A stretch of 64,000 nucleotides of DNA from Candidatus Omnitrophota bacterium (GTDB taxonomy: Bacteria > Omnitrophota > Gorgyraeia > Zapsychrales > Fredricksoniimonadaceae), in assembly GCA_903901225.1 (NCBI GenBank), contig CAIUQE010000049.1, positions 5,003 through 69,002 on the forward strand, in the 5' to 3' direction. Position 1 is the stretch's first letter. The number at the start of each line of letters is the position of its first letter. The translations under genes were made by a program, and so were the position numbers. Positions 1-9,132 of the stretch are shown here, piece by piece. Under the pieces are notes generated by a model. That model was not told the DNA's origin. It made no database searches and was given only the letters and a program-made list of their open reading frames with translations.

Positions 1-2184
1 AGCCTGGTGATCATGTTCTTCCTGTGGCATTTTCCGTCCGCGAGCGTGCCCATTGTGACCATCCCCGTGGCTGTCCTCTTGTCATTTATCCCGTTGTTCG
101 CCATGAAGGTCACGACGAACATCATGTCACTGGCGGGCATCGCGATCTCCATCGGTGTCCTGGTCGACGGGGCTATCGTTGAGGTTGAGAATGCTTACAA
201 GAATCTCCAGCTCTGGGAGGCGGGGGGGCGCAAAGGTGCCTATCGTGATGTGCTGTTGGGTTCTCTTAAGGAAGTTGGACCGTCGGTGTTCTTTTCGCTG
301 CTGGTCATTGCCGTCGCTTTTCTGCCTATTTTTACGCTCCTTGACCAGGAAGGGCGGCTGTTCCGGCCCCTTGCCTATAGCAAAAATTTTGCCATGGGTA
401 TCGCCGCATTGCTGGCGATCACCCTCAATCCGGCGATGCGCATGCTCTTCACCCGCATGGCGCCGGTTGAATTTCGTCCGCGCTGGTTCTCTTCGTTCTT
501 CAATACGATCACGGTCGGCAAGTATTACCCCGAGGAGAAGCATCCGGTCAGCCGTGTCCTGTTCAAGGTTTATGAACCGGTGTGCCGCTGGGTGATCCGT
601 CATTGGAAGGCGACGCTGGTGACGGCGGCGCTCCTGGTGGCGGTGAGCGTCCCGGTCTTCCTGCGCCTGGGTTCGGAGTTCATGCCGCCCTTGAACGAGG
701 GGGCCGTGCTTTACATGCCCACGACCCTGCCGGGGATATCCGTGACCGAGGCGCAAAAGCTCCTGCAGTCCATGGATCAGGCCATCATGACGGTCCCCGA
801 AGTGGAGCGCGTGTTCGGCAAGGCCGGCCGCGCTGAAACTTCGACGGATCCCGCGCCTTTCTCCATGATCGAAACAACGATCATCCTCAAGCCTGAGGCA
901 TCCTGGCCGAAGGGGACTACCTACGAGACCATCATTGCCGAACTCGACGGAAAAATGCAGTTTCCCGGCGTGACGAACGCCTGGACCATGCCCATCAAGG
1001 CGCGCATTGACATGCTGGCCACCGGCATCCGCACGCCTGTCGGCATCAAGATCTACGGCAAGGACCTTCGGGAGATCGAGCGCGTTGGTATTGATATCGA
1101 GAAGGTTGTCAAAAAAGTCCCCGGCACGCGCAGCGCTTACGCGGAGCGGGTGACCGGCGGGTATTTCCTGGATTTTAACATCAAGCGTGACGCCTTGGCC
1201 CGTTACGGGCTCACCGTGCAGGATGTGGAAGATACCATCATGGCCGCCATCGGCGGGGAGACCGTCACGACCACGATCGAAGGCCCTGAGCGTTATTCCG
1301 TGAATGTCCGTTATCTGCGGGAAACCAGGAGCGATGTCGCTGATCTCAAACGCGTCCTGGTGGCGACGCCTTCGGGGGCCCAGGTGCCGCTGGGGTTCAT
1401 CGCTGACCTTGAATTTGTCCAGGGCCCTTCGATGATCCGCAACGAGAACGGTATGCTTTCGGGGTATGTGTATGTCGATGTCGCCGGGCGCGATATCGGT
1501 CGTTATGTCCAGGAAGCCAAGGAGGCTGTCAGCCAAAGCATCCATCTGCCCCCGGGTTACGCGCTGGCGTGGAGCGGGCAGTACGAGAACATGATCCGCG
1601 TCAAAGAACGGCTGAAGGTGGTCGTGCCGTTGACGATCTTTCTTATCTTTATGCTGCTTTACATGAATACGCGTTCCGGTGCCAAGGCGGGGATCGTGAT
1701 GCTCGCGGTGCCGTTCTCGCTGGTGGGGGCGGTGTGGCTGTTATATATCCTCGGCTACAATGTTTCCATTGCCGTCTGGGTGGGGATGATCGCGCTCATG
1801 GGCCTGGATGCCGAGACCGGGGTTTTCATGCTCCTGTTCCTCGACCTGGCCTGCAGGGACGCGGCGCTGCGGGGCAAACTGCGCACGCGGGAAGACCTTG
1901 AGGAAGCGGTCGTGCACGGGGCGGTCAAGCGTATCCGTCCGAAGATGATGACGGTCATGGCCATGTTCATGGGCCTCGTGCCCATCATGTGGTCATCGGG
2001 GGCGGGCGCTGACATCATGAAACGCATTGCGGCGCCGATGATCGGAGGGATCTTTTCAAGTTTTATCCTCGAATTGCTGGTTTATCCGGCCGTGTACTTC
2101 ATTTGGAAATGGTATGGCGAGATGAAGAAGGGCACGGTTGACCTTGGTTTATTGCCCGTCGCGGGACCGCATGGGCATTCCTGA
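1..2184 (+). CDS. cusA: CusA/CzcA family heavy-metal efflux RND transporter permease (5'-truncated by window)
   Basis: RND motifs NIMSLAGIAISIGVLVDGAIVEVEN, GSEFMPPLNEG, GKAGRAETSTDPAP, RIRPKMMT; Met-rich CusA type; frame open to the window edge. Confidence 0.93.
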   Translation, partial: SLVIMFFLWHFPSASVPIVTIPVAVLLSFIPLFAMKVTTNIMSLAGIAISIGVLVDGAIVEVENAYKNLQLWEAGGRKGAYRDVLLGSLKEVGPSVFFSLLVIAVAFLPIFTLLDQEGRLFRPLAYSKNFAMGIAALLAITLNPAMRMLFTRMAPVEFRPRWFSSFFNTITVGKYYPEEKHPVSRVLFKVYEPVCRWVIRHWKATLVTAALLVAVSVPVFLRLGSEFMPPLNEGAVLYMPTTLPGISVTEAQKLLQSMDQAIMTVPEVERVFGKAGRAETSTDPAPFSMIETTIILKPEASWPKGTTYETIIAELDGKMQFPGVTNAWTMPIKARIDMLATGIRTPVGIKIYGKDLREIERVGIDIEKVVKKVPGTRSAYAERVTGGYFLDFNIKRDALARYGLTVQDVEDTIMAAIGGETVTTTIEGPERYSVNVRYLRETRSDVADLKRVLVATPSGAQVPLGFIADLEFVQGPSMIRNENGMLSGYVYVDVAGRDIGRYVQEAKEAVSQSIHLPPGYALAWSGQYENMIRVKERLKVVVPLTIFLIFMLLYMNTRSGAKAGIVMLAVPFSLVGAVWLLYILGYNVSIAVWVGMIALMGLDAETGVFMLLFLDLACRDAALRGKLRTREDLEEAVVHGAVKRIRPKMMTVMAMFMGLVPIMWSSGAGADIMKRIAAPMIGGIFSSFILELLVYPAVYFIWKWYGEMKKGTVDLGLLPVAGPHGHS

Positions 2185-3478
2185 AAGGTTTGCCGGGTTC
2201 GGGCCCAACAAGCGCCAGGAAATTGCCCGCCTTGTTGTTGAGATCGCCAAACGCGATCGTCTTACACCCGTTACCGTCCTGGAGTGTATTCCCGCGGGTT
2301 GCAAGGCCTATCCTGCCGTCAAAGCGCATTTGCTGGCCCGCCGTTTCCCCGAGGCTTCCCGTCGTGGCGATAAAATATCCGAGGCATTCCCCGCTGTTGA
2401 GATCGATCCGGCCTGCGCCATGCCGCTGGGCCGCGGGGAAAATATCCCCGCTCCGCGGATGATCTACGTTGAAGAAGCCGTAAAGAATTCTGCCCTCGCG
2501 CGCCGTGCCACGCAAAAGTTCCCCGATGCCCGAGTGTCGCTGATCGCTGATTACAAGACCCACACCCGGCGTCAGGCGTTTGACATCCCCGCCTACAACC
2601 GCCGGACACAGGACCTGTTTATCATCAGGGAACAGTACGACCATTTCAAGCCGTGCCCGTGCTCACCGGGTGTTGTGCCGTGCGGGTACCATAATGCCAA
2701 TCTCGGGTTTGGCTGTCCCTTTGAATGCACGTATTGTTTTTTGCAGAGCTACGCGAACGCGCCGGGAATTGTCATTCCCGCCAACATTGAGGATCTTTTT
2801 CACACGTTCGATGGTTATCAGGATGGGGTGCGCGTGGGGTCGGGGGAGACCACGGATTCGCTGGTGTTTGACGGCCTGACGGGATTCGCGGGCGATATTG
2901 TTGAGCATTTCCGCGCCTTTCCGCGGCGTGTTTTTGAGTTCAAGACCAAAAGCACCAATGTCGCGGGGCTCCTGGCTGTCAAGGCGTCCTCCAATATCGT
3001 CGTCGGATGGTCGCTTAATCCGCAGAAGGTGATAGATGCGGAGGAACATTTTACCGCCAGCCTGGCCGGGCGGCTTGAGGCGGCCGCCCGTTGCGCCGCG
3101 CATGGTTACCGCACCGCGTTCCATTTTGATCCGGTCATTTATTTTCCGGGTTGGGAGGGGGCGTATGAGGGGGTGGTGCAGCAGCTTTTCAGGGCGGTCC
3201 CAGCCCAGAGCATTGCCTGGATCAGCGTGGGGACATTACGGATGACGCCTTCGCAGAAAAAAGTCATTGAAAATCGCTTCCCGGAGAATACAATCCTTGA
3301 TGCGGAACTGTTCACGGCCGCTGACGGGAAGTTGCGTTACGCGCCCGCGGTGCGCCGTGAGATCTACCGCGCGATGCTCGCGTGGATCGGACGCGTGGCG
3401 GCCCCATCGACGAAGGTCTATTTGTGCATGGAGACCGCGTCAATGTGGAAAGAAGCCGGGGCGAGGGTGATTTGGTGA
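2171..3478 (+). CDS. Spore photoproduct lyase (SplB)-like radical SAM protein
   Basis: GCPFECTYCFLQ CxxxCxxC; SGETTDSL, FEFKTKS, WSLNP, HFDPVI, YLCME motifs of the SplB-like family; ATG 2171 overlaps the cusA end. Confidence 0.8.
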   Translation: MGIPERFAGFGPNKRQEIARLVVEIAKRDRLTPVTVLECIPAGCKAYPAVKAHLLARRFPEASRRGDKISEAFPAVEIDPACAMPLGRGENIPAPRMIYVEEAVKNSALARRATQKFPDARVSLIADYKTHTRRQAFDIPAYNRRTQDLFIIREQYDHFKPCPCSPGVVPCGYHNANLGFGCPFECTYCFLQSYANAPGIVIPANIEDLFHTFDGYQDGVRVGSGETTDSLVFDGLTGFAGDIVEHFRAFPRRVFEFKTKSTNVAGLLAVKASSNIVVGWSLNPQKVIDAEEHFTASLAGRLEAAARCAAHGYRTAFHFDPVIYFPGWEGAYEGVVQQLFRAVPAQSIAWISVGTLRMTPSQKKVIENRFPENTILDAELFTAADGKLRYAPAVRREIYRAMLAWIGRVAAPSTKVYLCMETASMWKEAGARVIW

Positions 3479-3481
3479 TGC

Positions 3482-3506
3482 GTAGGGGAGGACCTTGTGT
3501 CCTCCC
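3482..3506 (+). repeat. GTAG-family REP-like palindrome
   Basis: GTAG + GGGAGGAC-cttgt-GTCCTCCC perfect 8-bp stem immediately after the stop codon. Confidence 0.8.
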
Positions 3507-3577
3507 GTCAGAGAATATAGTATTTGATACCCGGCCATTTATCACCGATATGAGCCAAGGGTATTTGGGTAGATTGG

Positions 3578-3928
3578 ATGAAAAGAACTATGAGCACAAA
3601 AGAAAAGATACACAAAGGCAGTGGCAATATTTTTGCTGATATCGGCGTTGTTCATCCGGAACGGGTGATGGCGCGCGCCCAGGTAATGTCACGGATCACG
3701 GAGATCATTAACGAGCGTGATCTCACGCAGAAGGCTGCTGCCGAGCTTTTGGGCATCCCTCAATCTAAAGTCTCGTGCCTGATGAACGGGAAGATCAGCA
3801 TGTTCTCTCTTGATCATTTATTTGAACTTTTAAACGCGCTTGATAGAGATGTTGAGATCGTTATTCACCCCAAGTTGAAAGGTGAGCGGGTTGCCACGAC
3901 GTATGTGCTGATGACCGCAGCGGCGTGA
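3578..3928 (+). CDS. XRE-family HTH protein (HigA/HTH_37-type antitoxin-like), no toxin partner
   Basis: GSGNIFADIG N-terminus and LTQKAAAELLGIPQSKVS helix-turn-helix, FSLDHL..LNALDRDVEI. Confidence 0.85.
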   Translation: MKRTMSTKEKIHKGSGNIFADIGVVHPERVMARAQVMSRITEIINERDLTQKAAAELLGIPQSKVSCLMNGKISMFSLDHLFELLNALDRDVEIVIHPKLKGERVATTYVLMTAAA

Positions 3929-3941
3929 ATTTTTTTTGCGC

Positions 3942-3966
3942 GTAGGGGCGGGTCTGTGACCCGCCC
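3942..3966 (+). repeat. GTAG-family REP-like palindrome
   Basis: GTAG + GGGCGGGTC-tgt-GACCCGCCC perfect 9-bp stem; near-identical copy at 27729-27753. Confidence 0.85.
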
Positions 3967-4010
3967 ACATGACAGATATGTTAAAAAAGGGGCTAGTAAA
4001 ATGAAAAATT

Positions 4011-4060
4011 CCCCTCCCCTGCCGGCAGGCAGGCCTTGTGGGAGGGGTTAGGGGAGGGGG
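4011..4060 (+). repeat. CCCCTCCC..GGGAGGGG-TTAGGGGAGGGG palindromic element with nested CCTGCCGGCAGGCAGG insertion
   Basis: Removing 4018-4033 restores the CCCCTCCC-cttgt-GGGAGGGG hairpin. Confidence 0.7.
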
Positions 4061-4157
4061 TTGAGAGGAGAGGCACAAATCGTAGTAAGGACAGAAGTTA
4101 GATGGATTAAAAGCTAAAATTTTTTACAGAACGATTCGTCAGGATGGTGGGTCATAT

Positions 4158-4478
4158 ATGAAAGAAATTACGGTTAAAGAGCATCTTCAGGAAAAACTTA
4201 AAGACCCATATTTCAGAGAGCTTTACGAACTTGAGCAGCAGAAATTTGGCATCGTCAGGAAAATCATTGATTACAGAATTAAGAACCATTTAAGCCAGAC
4301 GGATCTGGCGGAGAAAATTGGCGTTTCTCAACAGCATATATCGAAGATTGAGAGTGGAGAGTTCAGCAGTGTCGCAACGTTAGAGAAGGTTTTATTGGGT
4401 ATTGGCCTGACCGTCAGAATGGAAGCGGTGAAGTTAAGCCACCCGTTACAGGTAAAAAGAGCTTTGGCCTTAGCTTGA
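4158..4478 (+). CDS. XRE-family HTH transcriptional regulator / antitoxin-like
   Basis: LKDPYFRELYE N-terminus and LSQTDLAEKIGVSQQHISKIESG HTH. Confidence 0.85.
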   Translation: MKEITVKEHLQEKLKDPYFRELYELEQQKFGIVRKIIDYRIKNHLSQTDLAEKIGVSQQHISKIESGEFSSVATLEKVLLGIGLTVRMEAVKLSHPLQVKRALALA

Positions 4479-4562
4479 GTTTGCACAGTGAATTGATGAG
4501 TGAATGTTGATACGCGGCAATAGGATCGCAAAGAACAATGAGATCAGGAAGGAAAAACAGAT

Positions 4563-5159
4563 ATGACAGAATACGTAAAACCGGCCTGGAAGGAAGACAC
4601 CCGGAAGGCTGATCCGAAGGCGGTGGCCAGGATCGTCCTGTTGTCGATCATCGGCGTGCTTGTCCTTGCTGTTGTGACGGCGGGGGTATGGTTCCTGCTG
4701 GTGTTCAAGCAATACCGCAATGATGCCGCGAAGGTGCGGTTGTATTATCCGGGCAGCTGGGCGGTCAAGGAAAAGCCCCTGGACAATGTGGTGGCCATTT
4801 TTGTTTCCCCCAAGGAGACGGCCCTTGACAGTTTCCAGGAGACGGTCAATGTTTCGATCTATGACATGACCCCCAACATTATTTCCCAGGACGAGTATGT
4901 CAGGATGGCCCTTGGCCAGATCACGGCGGTGTTCAAGGACCTGACCGTCACGGAGAAGAAACCGTTCCAGGTGGCGGGACATGACGGTTACCGGGTTGAG
5001 CTCAAGGTCAGGGGGGCCCCCGCGATGACCCTCGTCGTCTATCTTTTTACGATCCGCGAAAAAGGGTATAACCTTTTTTACATGGGCACCGAGGACCGTT
5101 ATCCCAAGGACAAGGCCATGCTTGATCTTATGGCGTGGAGCATGCAGGTGGCCTTTTGA
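4563..5159 (+). CDS. Membrane-anchored PsbP/DcrB-like extracytoplasmic protein
   Basis: Single TM helix, then the YPGSW..FVSP..VNVSI..VAGHDG..Y pattern typical of the PsbP/Mog1p-like fold. Confidence 0.55.
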   Translation: MTEYVKPAWKEDTRKADPKAVARIVLLSIIGVLVLAVVTAGVWFLLVFKQYRNDAAKVRLYYPGSWAVKEKPLDNVVAIFVSPKETALDSFQETVNVSIYDMTPNIISQDEYVRMALGQITAVFKDLTVTEKKPFQVAGHDGYRVELKVRGAPAMTLVVYLFTIREKGYNLFYMGTEDRYPKDKAMLDLMAWSMQVAF

Positions 5160-6187
5160 GCCCATCGGCCCCGGCCTGTCCTGTTTTTGGAACTTGCGGC
5201 GGATGCCAGTACCAGCATCTTTCCTATGAGGAGGAGCTCGCCGTCAAGGAACGCGCGTTGAAAGACGCTCTTGCCGCCCGCGTCGCGCTTGAGGACCGTG
5301 TTTTTTCCCCCATTGAGCCTTCGCCGAAAGTTTACCATTACCGCAACAGGCTTGACCTTAAGCTCATCCACCGGCGCAACGGCGACGTCCACGTCGGATT
5401 TTCATCGGCGGAGCGGGGGCCCTTGATCGAGATCGAGGCGTGCCCCATTGCCATGGAGCCGATATCAGATTTCATCCCCCGCCTGCGCGCGGAAGCGGCG
5501 GCGAAGATCCCCAAGGACTATCGCATGGCCAATTTGACCGTGCGTTGCGGCGAGGGGGGCAATGTGCGCTGGGGCGGCATTGGCCACAATTCATTGCGGC
5601 TTGAGGCACGGGATTATTTTTTCACGGACATTTTCGGGCGCAGGATATATTACGCGCTCGACGCGTTCTTTCAGGCGAACCTCTCGATATTGCCGCAGCT
5701 CGTCGGGTTCCTGCGCGCGCGGCCGATGTGGGCCAAAGACACGGTTTTCTTCGACCTTTACGGCGGGGTGGGGCTTTTTGGCCTGTGCCTCAGCGACCTC
5801 GTGGCCCGGGTGGTCAATATCGAGGAGAATGTCCACGCGATCCGCCTGGCGAAGTATAATGCTGTTGCCAATGCCGTGAGCAACGCCGAGATCGTCGAGG
5901 GACGGATGGAAGATGTCCTCCCCGGCCTTGCGGCCAGGGCATTGCCCGGAGCGCATGTCGTCATGGTCGACCCGCCCAGGGCGGGACTCAGCGACAGCGC
6001 GATCGCGCTTTTGAATGGGTTGGCGCAGGCCAAGTATCTGGTCTATCTGTCCTGTGAGCCGGGGAGCCTGGCCGATAATTTGAAGGACCTCCTGACGGGT
6101 GGTTGGTCTGTGGAGCTGGTCAAGCCGTTCGATCTTTTCCCCCGCACACGGCACCTGGAAACACTGGTGATCCTCAAAAGGAGTTGA
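5156..6187 (+). CDS. RlmD/TrmA family RNA (uracil-5)-methyltransferase
   Basis: CPVFGTCGGCQYQH Fe-S motif, FFQAN, DLYGGVGLFG, DPPRAG, YLSC, DLFPRTRHLE; TTG start overlapping the upstream TGA (the ORF track starts at 5135). Confidence 0.9.
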   Translation: MSPSAPACPVFGTCGGCQYQHLSYEEELAVKERALKDALAARVALEDRVFSPIEPSPKVYHYRNRLDLKLIHRRNGDVHVGFSSAERGPLIEIEACPIAMEPISDFIPRLRAEAAAKIPKDYRMANLTVRCGEGGNVRWGGIGHNSLRLEARDYFFTDIFGRRIYYALDAFFQANLSILPQLVGFLRARPMWAKDTVFFDLYGGVGLFGLCLSDLVARVVNIEENVHAIRLAKYNAVANAVSNAEIVEGRMEDVLPGLAARALPGAHVVMVDPPRAGLSDSAIALLNGLAQAKYLVYLSCEPGSLADNLKDLLTGGWSVELVKPFDLFPRTRHLETLVILKRS

Positions 6188-6188
6188 T

Positions 6189-6812
6189 ATGGCCGACGAT
6201 CTTTACATCAGGCAAATGCTCCTGGGCGACCTGGAGAACTTCACGTATATCCTCGCCGACAAGGCCTCGGGCGCGGCGTGCGTGATCGACCCCGCGGCGG
6301 ACCCCGCGACGATCAAGGCCGTGCTTGAGAAGGAAAAATTCTCCCTGAAGATGATCCTTTTGACCCACGGGCACTATGACCATGTGGTCGGTGTCGATAA
6401 ATATGACGTCCCTGTTCACCTGTCATCGGCGGAGGCGGTCTTTTACCTCCCGGCGGCCAAACATTTGACGCGCACGCTCGACGGTGAAAAGGTCCGGCTG
6501 GGGCCGTTCGTCATTGAAGCCCTCCACACGCCGGGGCACACGCCGGGATGCCAGTGTTTCCTGGTGGAGGGGAATTTGTTCACCGGCGACACGCTGTTCA
6601 TGGAGGCGGTCGGCCGCACGGATTTTCCGGGGGGGGATGCCAGGCAGCTGTTCAACAGCCTTCAGCGCGTCAAGGCGCTTCCTGACACGACCGTGGTGTG
6701 GCCGGGACATAATTACGGCTCTGGTCGCAGCGGCATCCTTGGGGACATGAAACGGAGCAATCCGTATCTCGCGTGCGAGGACATTAAAGAATTTTTATCT
6801 TATCTTGGTTAA
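6189..6812 (+). CDS. MBL-fold metallo-hydrolase (glyoxalase II-like)
   Basis: THGHYDH, HTPGHTPG, TGDTLF, PGH motifs. Confidence 0.9.
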   Translation: MADDLYIRQMLLGDLENFTYILADKASGAACVIDPAADPATIKAVLEKEKFSLKMILLTHGHYDHVVGVDKYDVPVHLSSAEAVFYLPAAKHLTRTLDGEKVRLGPFVIEALHTPGHTPGCQCFLVEGNLFTGDTLFMEAVGRTDFPGGDARQLFNSLQRVKALPDTTVVWPGHNYGSGRSGILGDMKRSNPYLACEDIKEFLSYLG

Positions 6813-6827
6813 TAGAAAGGGGTTCAT

Positions 6828-7379
6828 ATGGCTTTGCTCGAATCTGTCAAGGTCCCGCTCGGAACGCTGATGCCGTCCTTCGCCTTGCGCGATCCGTCGG
6901 GAAAAGAATTCCGCGGCGACGACCTTTTCGGCGACCGGGGGCTGCTGGTCATTTTCACCTGCAACCATTGCCCTTATGCCAACGCGGTCTGGCCGCGCCT
7001 GGCCCGCCTTGGCGTCTACGCGGCGGGGATGCGGCTGGGGGTTGTCGCGATCAATCCGAACATCAATCCCGACTTTCCCGATGACGCCCCCGGCAAGATG
7101 GCGGGGAAGGCCCGTGAACTGGGATTAACGTTCCCTTATCTTGCGGACGAGACCCAGTCCGTGGCCAAGGCGTTCAAGGCGCAGTGCACCCCCGATATTT
7201 ATCTTTACAATAAAAACAAGGAACTGGTTTATCACGGGCGCATCGACGACAACTGGAAAGACGAGGATGCCGTGACGCGCGAAGAGCTTAAGGAGGCCAT
7301 GAACAACCTGGCCGCGGGTATTCCGGTTGACAAGAAGCAGATGCCGGCCATGGGCTGTTCGATCAAATGGCGGGGCTGA
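6828..7379 (+). CDS. Thioredoxin-fold AhpC/TSA family protein
   Basis: FTCNHCPY, AQCTPD, YHGRIDD, GCSIKW. Confidence 0.9.
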   Translation: MALLESVKVPLGTLMPSFALRDPSGKEFRGDDLFGDRGLLVIFTCNHCPYANAVWPRLARLGVYAAGMRLGVVAINPNINPDFPDDAPGKMAGKARELGLTFPYLADETQSVAKAFKAQCTPDIYLYNKNKELVYHGRIDDNWKDEDAVTREELKEAMNNLAAGIPVDKKQMPAMGCSIKWRG

Positions 7380-8653
7380 TCCCGGTCCCCGAAGGCGCGG
7401 GGTCGTGGCGCAAGTTCCTCGCTTTTTTCGGTCCCGGGCTCATGATCGCTGTGGGGTATATCGACCCCGGCAACTGGGCCACGGACCTTTCGGCGGGGGC
7501 GAAGTACGGGTATGAACTTTTGTTCATTATCCTTGGGGCCAATCTTTTTGCCCTCCTGTTCCAGTACCTGGCGTTGAAGCTGGGGATCGTGACGGGCCGC
7601 GACCTGGCCCAGGCGTGCGGTGATCGTTTCTCCAGGCCGGTCAGCGTTGCCTTGTGGTTGTTGTGCGAAGTGGCCATCATTTCGTGCGACCTGGCTGAGG
7701 TGATCGGTTCCGCGATCGCGCTTAACCTTCTTTTTGGTATTCCGCTTGTCGCGGGGATCATCATCACGGGACTGGATGTTTTCGTGGTCCTGGCAGTTCA
7801 GGCCAAGGGGTTCCGCTACCTGGAGTCGTTGGTGGCGGGGCTCATGTTCATCATCGGCGCGGCATTCACCTACGAGATCGTTGTTTCCCATCCGGTCTGG
7901 GGCGCTGTGGCGCGGGGATTCCTGCCGCCGTTAAAGACCGTCGTCGATCCCGGCATGCTTTACGCGGCGATCGGCATCATCGGCGCCACGGTCATGCCGC
8001 ACAATCTTTATCTGCATTCAAGCATTGTTCAGACGCGCGCGTTCAGCCGGGATGATAAAGGAAAGTCGATGGCCGTGAAGTACGCGACGATCGATATCGT
8101 CATGGCGCTCACGTTCGCGTTTTTCATCAACGCGGCGATCCTGGTACTGAGCGCGGCGGCCTTCCATGGCACGGGGCACGCGGACATCGCGGATATCAAT
8201 GACGCCTACCGGCTCCTGGCGCCGACCCTTGGCGCGCCGCTGGCGGGGGTTATTTTCGGGGTCGCACTGCTGGCTTCAGGCCAAAGTTCGACGCTGACCG
8301 GGACCCTGGCGGGGCAGATCGTGATGGAAGGTTTCCTGAACCTCCGCGTGAGGCCGTGGGTAAGGCGCGTCATCACGCGGATGCTCGCCATTATCCCCGC
8401 GATGGGCGTGGCGATGGCGATGGGGAGCCGGGGGGTTGGCCAGTTGCTCGTTCTCAGCCAGGTGATCCTCTCGTTCCAGCTGGCCTTTGCCGTCGTGCCG
8501 CTGGTATGTTTCACGGGCGACGGGCGTTTGATGGGGCGTTTCGTCAACCGCCCGTGGCTGAAGGTCGCGGGTTGGGCCGCGGCCGCGGGCATCATCGGGC
8601 TGAACCTATTTCTTATCGGACAATTGGTGGGCTTATGTATAAAAAGATCCTGA
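7367..8653 (+). CDS. mntH: Nramp family divalent metal (Mn2+) transporter
   Basis: GYIDPGNW and VMPHNLYLHS signatures, GQSSTLTGTLAGQIVMEGF. Confidence 0.95.
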   Translation: MAGLIPVPEGAGSWRKFLAFFGPGLMIAVGYIDPGNWATDLSAGAKYGYELLFIILGANLFALLFQYLALKLGIVTGRDLAQACGDRFSRPVSVALWLLCEVAIISCDLAEVIGSAIALNLLFGIPLVAGIIITGLDVFVVLAVQAKGFRYLESLVAGLMFIIGAAFTYEIVVSHPVWGAVARGFLPPLKTVVDPGMLYAAIGIIGATVMPHNLYLHSSIVQTRAFSRDDKGKSMAVKYATIDIVMALTFAFFINAAILVLSAAAFHGTGHADIADINDAYRLLAPTLGAPLAGVIFGVALLASGQSSTLTGTLAGQIVMEGFLNLRVRPWVRRVITRMLAIIPAMGVAMAMGSRGVGQLLVLSQVILSFQLAFAVVPLVCFTGDGRLMGRFVNRPWLKVAGWAAAAGIIGLNLFLIGQLVGLCIKRS

Positions 8654-9084
8654 TCCCGCTGGACAATTCAGCGACGGACGCGGCGATCCTCGCGCATATC
8701 CGTCCTCTCGCGCGCGGTTGCGGGGCCGCGCTGGTGTTGGCGCATGTGGCGGACGGTTTCGGGGCGCGCCTGCAGGAACAGCTCGACCTTGCCGATTCCG
8801 AGGAGATCGTCCGGGACCGCGCTTACCTTGAAAGGGTGGCGGCGGAACTTGCCGGCGAGGGGTTTGCCGTCACGCGGCACCTGCTCAAAGGCGACCCGGC
8901 TGACGGGCTGATCGCGCTCGCATTGAAGGAAGGCTGCGATCTTATCGCCATGGCCACGCACGGCCACCGTTTCTTCATGGACTGGTTCATGGGCAGTGTG
9001 GCCGATGAACTGCGCCACAGGGTCAATATCCCCATCCTGATGCTCAAGGGCGGCGGGAGTGAAAATTCACATGGCAAAGGTTGA
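8635..9084 (+). CDS. Universal stress protein (UspA family)
   Basis: MYKKILIPLDNS..DLIAMATHGH..GSVADELRH; ATG at 8635 within ORF 8356..9084. Confidence 0.9.
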   Translation: MYKKILIPLDNSATDAAILAHIRPLARGCGAALVLAHVADGFGARLQEQLDLADSEEIVRDRAYLERVAAELAGEGFAVTRHLLKGDPADGLIALALKEGCDLIAMATHGHRFFMDWFMGSVADELRHRVNIPILMLKGGGSENSHGKG

Positions 9085-9108
9085 AAAAGCCGTCTCGGCC
9101 GTTATAAT
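9081..9108 (+). promoter_or_regulatory. Putative sigma70 promoter for serS
   Basis: TTGAAA-N16-TATAAT upstream of AAGGA and the serS start. Confidence 0.55.
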
Positions 9109-9132
9109 GAACAAATCATATAAAAAGGATAT

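Noticed and set aside
127-1545. Long antisense ORFs (127..1545, 9610..10803, 42888..43757, 23896..25023 and similar)
   Set aside because: Shadow ORFs opposite well-supported genes in GC-rich DNA; no recognisable motifs
8356-8634. N-terminal extension of the USP ORF (likewise 35850-36107 for menG and 19284-19397 for paralog 3)
   Set aside because: These overlap upstream or opposite genes; family homology or signal peptide begins at downstream ATGs
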